From: the human T2T-CHM13v2.0 reference genome, Homo sapiens
Assembly (NCBI GenBank): GCA_009914755.4
Contig: CP086569.2
Location: 36,000,001-36,064,000 of the forward strand
Direction: 5' to 3'
DNA length: 64,000 nt
Shown: piece by piece, positions 59,001 to 64,000 of the stretch
Layout of the letters: every line of letters begins with the position of its first letter
Position numbering within the stretch: position 1 is the first letter of the stretch
Translations under genes and position numbers: made by a program
Notes under the pieces: generated by a model
Told to the model about the DNA's origin: nothing
Databases searched by the model: none
Seen by the model: the letters and a program-made list of their open reading frames with translations, nothing else

Positions 59001-59644
59001 AACGGAATGGAAAGGAATGCAATGATTTGGCATGGAATGGAATCGAATGGCATCGAATGGAATGGAATGGAATGCAATGGAATGGAATGTATTAGAATGG
59101 AATGAACTTTAATGGAATGTACTCGAATGGATTCGACTGGAATGGAATGTTCTGGAAGTGAATGGACTCCAATGGAATGGATTCCAAAGGAATGGAATCG
59201 TACGGAATGGAATCTAATGGAATGGAATTAAATGGAAATGAATCAAATTGAATAGCACGGAATTGAATTGAATGGAATGGAATGCAATGGAATCTAATGA
59301 AACGGAAAGGAAAGGAATGGAATGGAATGGAATGGGCTGGAATGGAAAGGAATCGAAACGAATGGAATGGAATCGAACTGAAGAGACTGGAATGGAATGC
59401 ACTGGAATGGAAGGGAGTGTAATGGAAGGTTCTCGAAAAAAATGGAATCGAATGGAATGGAATTGAATGGAACGGAATAGAGTCGAATGGAATTGAATGG
59501 AATGGAATGGACTAGAGTGAAATGGAATCGAACCACAAGGAATGGACAGGAATAGAATGGTCTCGAATTGAATGGAATCGTATGGAATGGCATCAAACGG
59601 AATGGAATGGACAGCCACGGAATGGAATGCACTCGAATGCAATG
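56066..59644 (+). repeat. HOR unit 18 (3579 bp)
   Basis: Anchors at 56066 and 59645. Confidence 0.85.
58346..58400 (+). repeat. Perfect (AATGG)11 run at the homologous hotspot of unit 18, followed by two GATGG
   Basis: Direct count: 58346-58400 then gatgggatgg. Confidence 0.9.
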
Positions 59645-62600
59645 GAGTCGAAACTAATGGACTGGAATAGAATGGACTCGACTGGTACGGACTTCAATGG
59701 AATGGATTCGAATGGAAGGGAATCGAACGGAATGGACTCGAAGGGAAAAGACTGCAATGGAAAGGTCTCGAATGGAATGGAAATTAATGGAATGGAATGG
59801 AATCGAATGAAATGGAGTCAAAAGGAATGGAATCGAATGGCAAGAAATCGAATGTAATGGAATCGCAAGGAATTGATGTGAACGGAACGGAATGGAATGG
59901 AATCCAAAGGAATGGAATAGAATGGAATGGAATCGAATGGAAAGGACTCGAATGGAAATCACTCGAATAGAATGCAATTTAATAAAATAGGATCAAATGT
60001 AATGGAATGGAATGGAAAGGAATCGAAACGAAAGGAATGGAGACAGATGGAATGGAATGGAACAGAGAGCAATGGTATAGAATGGAATGGAATCATCTGG
60101 AATGGAATTGAATGGAATGGAATAATATGAAATGGAATGGAATGGAATGGAATGGAATGCCCTTGAATTAAATGGACTGGAATGGAATGGACTCGAACAG
60201 AGTGGAATGGAAAGTGTTGAGATAGAATGGAATGGACTCCTTTGGAATGGTGTAGTATGCAATGCAATCGACTGGCAGGGAATCAAAAGGAATGTAATCG
60301 AATGGAATGGACTGGAATGCAATGGACTCGAATAGATTGGAAACGGAATGCAAAGGAATGGAATGGAATAGTATGGAATGGAATGGAAAGGAATGGAGTG
60401 GAATAGACTAGAGTGGAATGGAATGGACTGGAAAGCAATGGACTGGAATGGAACTTTCTTGAATGGACTGGAATCAAACGGAATGGAATGCAATGCAATC
60501 AAATGGCATGGAATAAAATAGAATGAAGAAAATGAAATGGAATTGAATCGAATGGAATCGAATGGATTGGAAAGGAATAGAATGGAATGGAATGGAATTG
60601 ACTCAAATGGAATGGACTAGAATGGAATGGATTCGAATGGAAGGCAAAGGAATGGAATCTATTGGAATGGACTGTAATGGAATGGAATGGAAGGGATTGG
60701 AATGGACTCGAATGGAATGGACTGCAATAGAAAGGATTCGAATGGAATGAAAAAGAATTGAATGGAATAGAACAGAATGGAATCAAATCGAATGAAATGG
60801 AATGGAATAGAAAGGAATGGAATGAAATGGAATGGAAAGGATTCGAATGGAATGCAATCGAATGGAATGGAATCGAACGGAATGGAATAAAATGGAAGAA
60901 AACTGGCAAGAAATGGAATCGAAATGAATGGAGTGTTATGGAACGGACTCAAAAGGAATTGAATGTAATAGAATGGAGTGGAGTGGACTCGAATATAATG
61001 GACTGGAATGGAATGAAATCACATGGAATGGGAACGAATGGAATGGAATGGAAAGGAATGGAATCGAATGGAAAGGAATCGAATGGAAGGGAATGAAATT
61101 GAATCAACAGGAATGGAAGGGAATAGAATAGACGGTAATGGAATGGACTCGAATAGAATGGACACGAATGCTGAAATGGAATGGACTCGAATGGAATGGA
61201 AACGAAAGGAATGTCATCGAATGGAATTGAATCGATTGGAATGAAATCGCATAGAATGGAGTGGAATCAAATGGAATTGAATCGAAAGGAAAGGAAGCGA
61301 ATGGACTGAAATGAAATGGAATGGAATTGAATGGAAAGTAATGCAATGGAATAGAATGGAACGAAATTTCACAGAATGGAATCAAACTGAATGGAATCAA
61401 ACCAATGGAATCAAATCAAATGGAATGGAAAGGAATTGAATGGAGTAGATTGGATTGGATGGGATTGGAATGAAATGTACTGGAAAGGACTCGAATTTCA
61501 TGAAACGGAATGGAATGAATTGGAACGGAACGGACTCGAATGGAATGGAATGTCATGGAATGGCATCAAATGGAATGGCATCAAATGGAATGGAATCGAA
61601 TGCAATGGAATGCTATGGAATGGAATGGAATGCATTGGAATGGAATGTCCTCTAATGGAATGGATTCGAGTGGAATGGAATCGAATATAATGGAGTCGAA
61701 TGAAATGGAATTGAAAGGAATGGGATCGAATACAATGGAATATACTGGAATGTAATGTAATGAACTCGAATGTAATTGACTGGAATGGAATGTACATGAA
61801 TGGAATGTAATCGAATGGAAAGTAATCCAATGGAATAGAATCTAATGCAATAAAATCGACTCAGATAGAGTAGAATGTAATGGAATGGAGTGCAGTGCAA
61901 TGGAATGGAATGGAATGGAATGCAATGGAATGGAATGGAATGGAATGGAATGGAATGGAATGGGATGGAATGGTATGGAATGGATAGTAATGGACTGGAG
62001 TGAAATGGACTGGAAAGGAATGGACTCAAATTGAAAGGGCTGGAAAGGAATGGAGTCAAATGGAATGGTCTGGAATGGAATGAACACGAAAGTAATGCAA
62101 TCCAATAGAATGGAATCGAATGGCATGGAATATAATGAAATGGAATCGAAGAGAATGGAAACAAATGGAATGGAATTGAATGGAATGGAATTGAATGGAA
62201 TGGGAACGAATGGAGTGAAATTGTATGCAGTAGAAGGGAATAGAATGGAATGCAAGCGAAAGGAAAGGAATGGATTGGAATGGAATGGAATTCATTGGAA
62301 TGGAAGGGAATGTAGTGTAATGGACAGGCCTGGAATAAAGTGGAATGCTACGGTCTCGAATGGAATAAAAATGTATGGAATGGAATGCAATGAAACGGAA
62401 TCGAATGTCATAGAATGTAATGGAATGCAAAAAAATGGAATCCAAAATCATTGACTGGAAAGGCTGGGTGTCGAAAGGAATTGACTCCAATGGAATGGAA
62501 TCGAATGGAATGGAAGTGAATAGAATCGAACTAAATCGAATGGAATGGAATTGATAGGAACGGAATAGAAAGGAATGCAATGATTTGGCACGGAATGGAA

Positions 62601-63202
62601 TCGAATGGCATCGAATGGAATGGAATGGAATGCAATGGAATGGAACGTATTAGAATGTAATGAACTTTAATGGAATGTACTCGAATGGAATCGAGTGGAA
62701 TGGAATGTTCTGGAAGTGAATGGACTCCAATGGAATGGATTCAAAAGGAATGGAATCGTACGGAATGGAATCTAATGGAATGGAATTAAATGGAAATGAA
62801 TCAAATTGAATAGCATGGAATTGAATTGAATGGAATCGAATGCAATGGAATCTAATGAAACGGAAAGGAAAGGAATGGAATGGAATGGAATGGGCTGGAA
62901 TGGAAAGGAATCGAAACGAATGGAATGGAATCGAATTGACGAGACTGGAATGGAATGCACTGGAATGGAAGGGAGTGTAATGGAAGGTTCTCGAAAAAAA
63001 TGGAATCGAATGGAATGGAATTGAATGGAACGGAATAGAGTCGAATGGAATTGAATAGAATGGAATGGACTAGAGTGAAATGGAATCGAACCACAAGGAA
63101 TGGACAGAAATAGAATGGTCTCGAATTGAATGGAATCGTATGGAATGGCATCAAACGGAATGGAATGGACAGCCACGGAATGGAATGCACTCGAATGCAA
63201 TG
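59645..63202 (+). repeat. HOR unit 19 (3558 bp)
   Basis: Anchors at 59645 and 63203. Confidence 0.85.
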
Positions 63203-64000
63203 GAGTCGAAACTAATGGACTGGAATAGAATGGACTCGACTGGTACGGACTCCAATGGAATGGAATCGAATGGAAGGGAATCGAACGGAATGGACTCGAA
63301 GGGAAAAGACTGCAATGGAAAGGTCTCGAATGGAATGGAAATTAATGGAATGGAATGGAATCGAATGAAATGGAGTCAAAAGGAATGGAATCGAATGGCA
63401 AGAAATCGAATGTAATGGAATCACAAGGAATTGATGTGAACGGAACGGAATGGAATGGAATCCAAAGGAATGGAATAGAATGGAATGGAATCGAATGGAA
63501 AGGACTCGAATGGAAATCACTCGAATAGAATGCAATTTAATAAAATAGGATCAAATGTAATGGAATGGAATGGAAAGGAATCGAAACGAAAGGAATGGAG
63601 ACAGATGGAATGGAATGGAACAGAGAGCAATGGTATAGAATGGAATGGAATCATCTGGAATGGAATTGAATGGAATGGAATAATATGAAATGGAATGGAA
63701 TGGAATGGAATGGAATGCCCTTGAATTAAATGGACTGGAATGGAATGGACTCGAACAGAGTGGAATGGAAAGTGTTGAGATAGAATGGAATGGACTCCTT
63801 TGGAATGGTGTAGTATGCAATGCAATCGACTGGCAGGGAATCAAAAGGAATGTAAAGGAATGGATTGGACAGGAATGAAATGGACTCGAATAGATTGGAA
63901 ACGGAATGCAAAGGAATGGAATGGAATAGTATGGAATGGAATGGAAAGGAATGGAGTGGAATAGACTAGAGTGGAATGGAATGGACTGGAAAGCAATAGA
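63203..64000 (+). repeat. HOR unit 20 (partial, 798 bp, truncated by the window edge)
   Basis: Anchor at 63203; the sequence continues in register to the end of the window. Confidence 0.8.

Larger units (their letters stand above)
1..64000 (+). repeat. DYZ1: HSat3 (GGAAT)n higher-order repeat satellite array with a ~3.56-kb period; most consistent with Y-chromosome DYZ1 (Yq12)
   Basis: Pentamer GGAAT/AATGG and one-base variants (CGAAT, CAAAT, TGAAT, GGACT) fill the window with no interruption. The six-frame ORF track shows the same peptide sets recurring at 3540-3589-bp spacing (for example the 107-aa minus-strand ORF at 10, 3564(end of 408-aa ORF), 7108, 10677, 14236 ...). Exact 3564-bp spacing is seen at 48938->52502->56066. 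From memory the published DYZ1 unit is 3564 bp, and DYZ1 is a 3.56-kb HaeIII repeat. HSat3 identity is very confident; chromosome-Y/DYZ1 assignment is from memory and not database-verified. Confidence 0.8.

Noticed and set aside
1-64000. Hundreds of ORFs (60-408 aa) on both strands in the six-frame track, for example 3564..4790(-) at 408 aa, and the recurrent 134-aa + strand ORF MESNGMVWNG...
   Set aside because: They are low-complexity translations of the pentamer: ATGGAATGGAATGGA reads as MEWNG and ATTCCATTCC reads as IPFHS. (ATTCC)n has no stop codon in any frame, so minus-strand ORFs run until a variant pentamer supplies one. The ORFs overlap in multiple frames on both strands, with no plausible start context and no domain-like sequence. 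Their conservation between units is just nucleotide identity of the satellite copies, not purifying selection.
1-64000. A regular repeat array as a CRISPR locus
   Set aside because: There is no repeat-spacer architecture. Units are ~3.56 kb and are themselves made of 5-bp repeats. There are no unique spacers and no cas-like ORFs. The composition is eukaryotic satellite.
1-64000. Mobile-element insertion (Alu/L1/LTR) or any unique-sequence island interrupting the array
   Set aside because: Scanning all lines and the ORF track shows the HOR periodicity continues without a break. The only length anomalies are the three 2061-bp units, which are internal deletions of satellite sequence, not insertions.
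1-64000. Alternative satellite identities: HSat2, alpha satellite, HSat1/DYZ2, the 9q12 HSat3 stress-body locus, or D15Z1
   Set aside because: Alpha satellite has 171-bp AT-rich monomers. HSat1/DYZ2 is AT-rich with ~2.4-kb units. HSat2 is more diverged (ATTCCATTCG-type). Here clean GGAAT pentamers dominate, so this is HSat3. Among HSat3 arrays the 3564-bp HOR fits DYZ1, not the ~1.8-kb D15Z1 HOR or the loosely organised 9q12 array. Autosomal origin cannot be excluded without alignment.
1-64000. Reading GAAnnGAAnnGAA as heat-shock elements, which would imply HSF1-driven transcription of this block
   Set aside because: Canonical HSEs need alternating inverted nGAAn/nTTCn units. Here the GAA triplets are all direct, head-to-tail, at 5-bp spacing. 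HSF1 binding to HSat3 is established for 9q12, but I cannot support a regulatory call for this array from sequence alone.

Overview
The whole 64-kb window is one uninterrupted human-type satellite III (HSat3) array. It is built from the pentamer GGAAT/AATGG on the + strand (ATTCC on the - strand) and organised into a higher-order repeat (HOR) of about 3.56 kb. I count 19 complete HOR copies plus one partial copy at the end. Sixteen are full length (3540-3589 bp, modal 3564 bp, and two adjacent copies are exactly 3564 bp). Three are 2061-bp deletion derivatives. The 3564-bp period, the pentamer composition, and one HaeIII (GGCC) plus one EcoRI (GAATTC) site per unit match what I remember of the Y-chromosome DYZ1 family at Yq12 (a 3.56-kb HaeIII repeat reported as 3564 bp). 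Calling it DYZ1 is my best attribution, made from memory without a database search.

I found no protein-coding genes, RNA genes, mobile-element insertions or CRISPR arrays. Every ORF in the six-frame track is a low-complexity artefact of translating the pentamer. (ATGGA)n reads as MEWNG-type repeats and (ATTCC)n reads as IPFHS-type repeats. The - strand gives ORFs up to 408 aa because ATTCC repeats contain no stop codon in any frame. There is no undescribed gene system here. What is worth reporting is the structure and dynamics of the array:
- Three 2061-bp units alternate with full units to make a roughly 5.64-kb super-repeat, present three times across 28.4-45.4 kb. The deletion junction lies inside pentamer microhomology.
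- An 11.7-kb stretch (about 46.45-58.2 kb) is essentially identical at 3564-bp spacing, and its edges do not fall on unit boundaries.
- A pure (AATGG)n run at one position in each unit varies from 7 to 13 copies between units.
- Unit lengths differ mostly in multiples of 5 bp.
- Many unit-to-unit substitutions are CpG to TpG or CpA transitions.
- The + strand is strongly purine-rich and C-poor.
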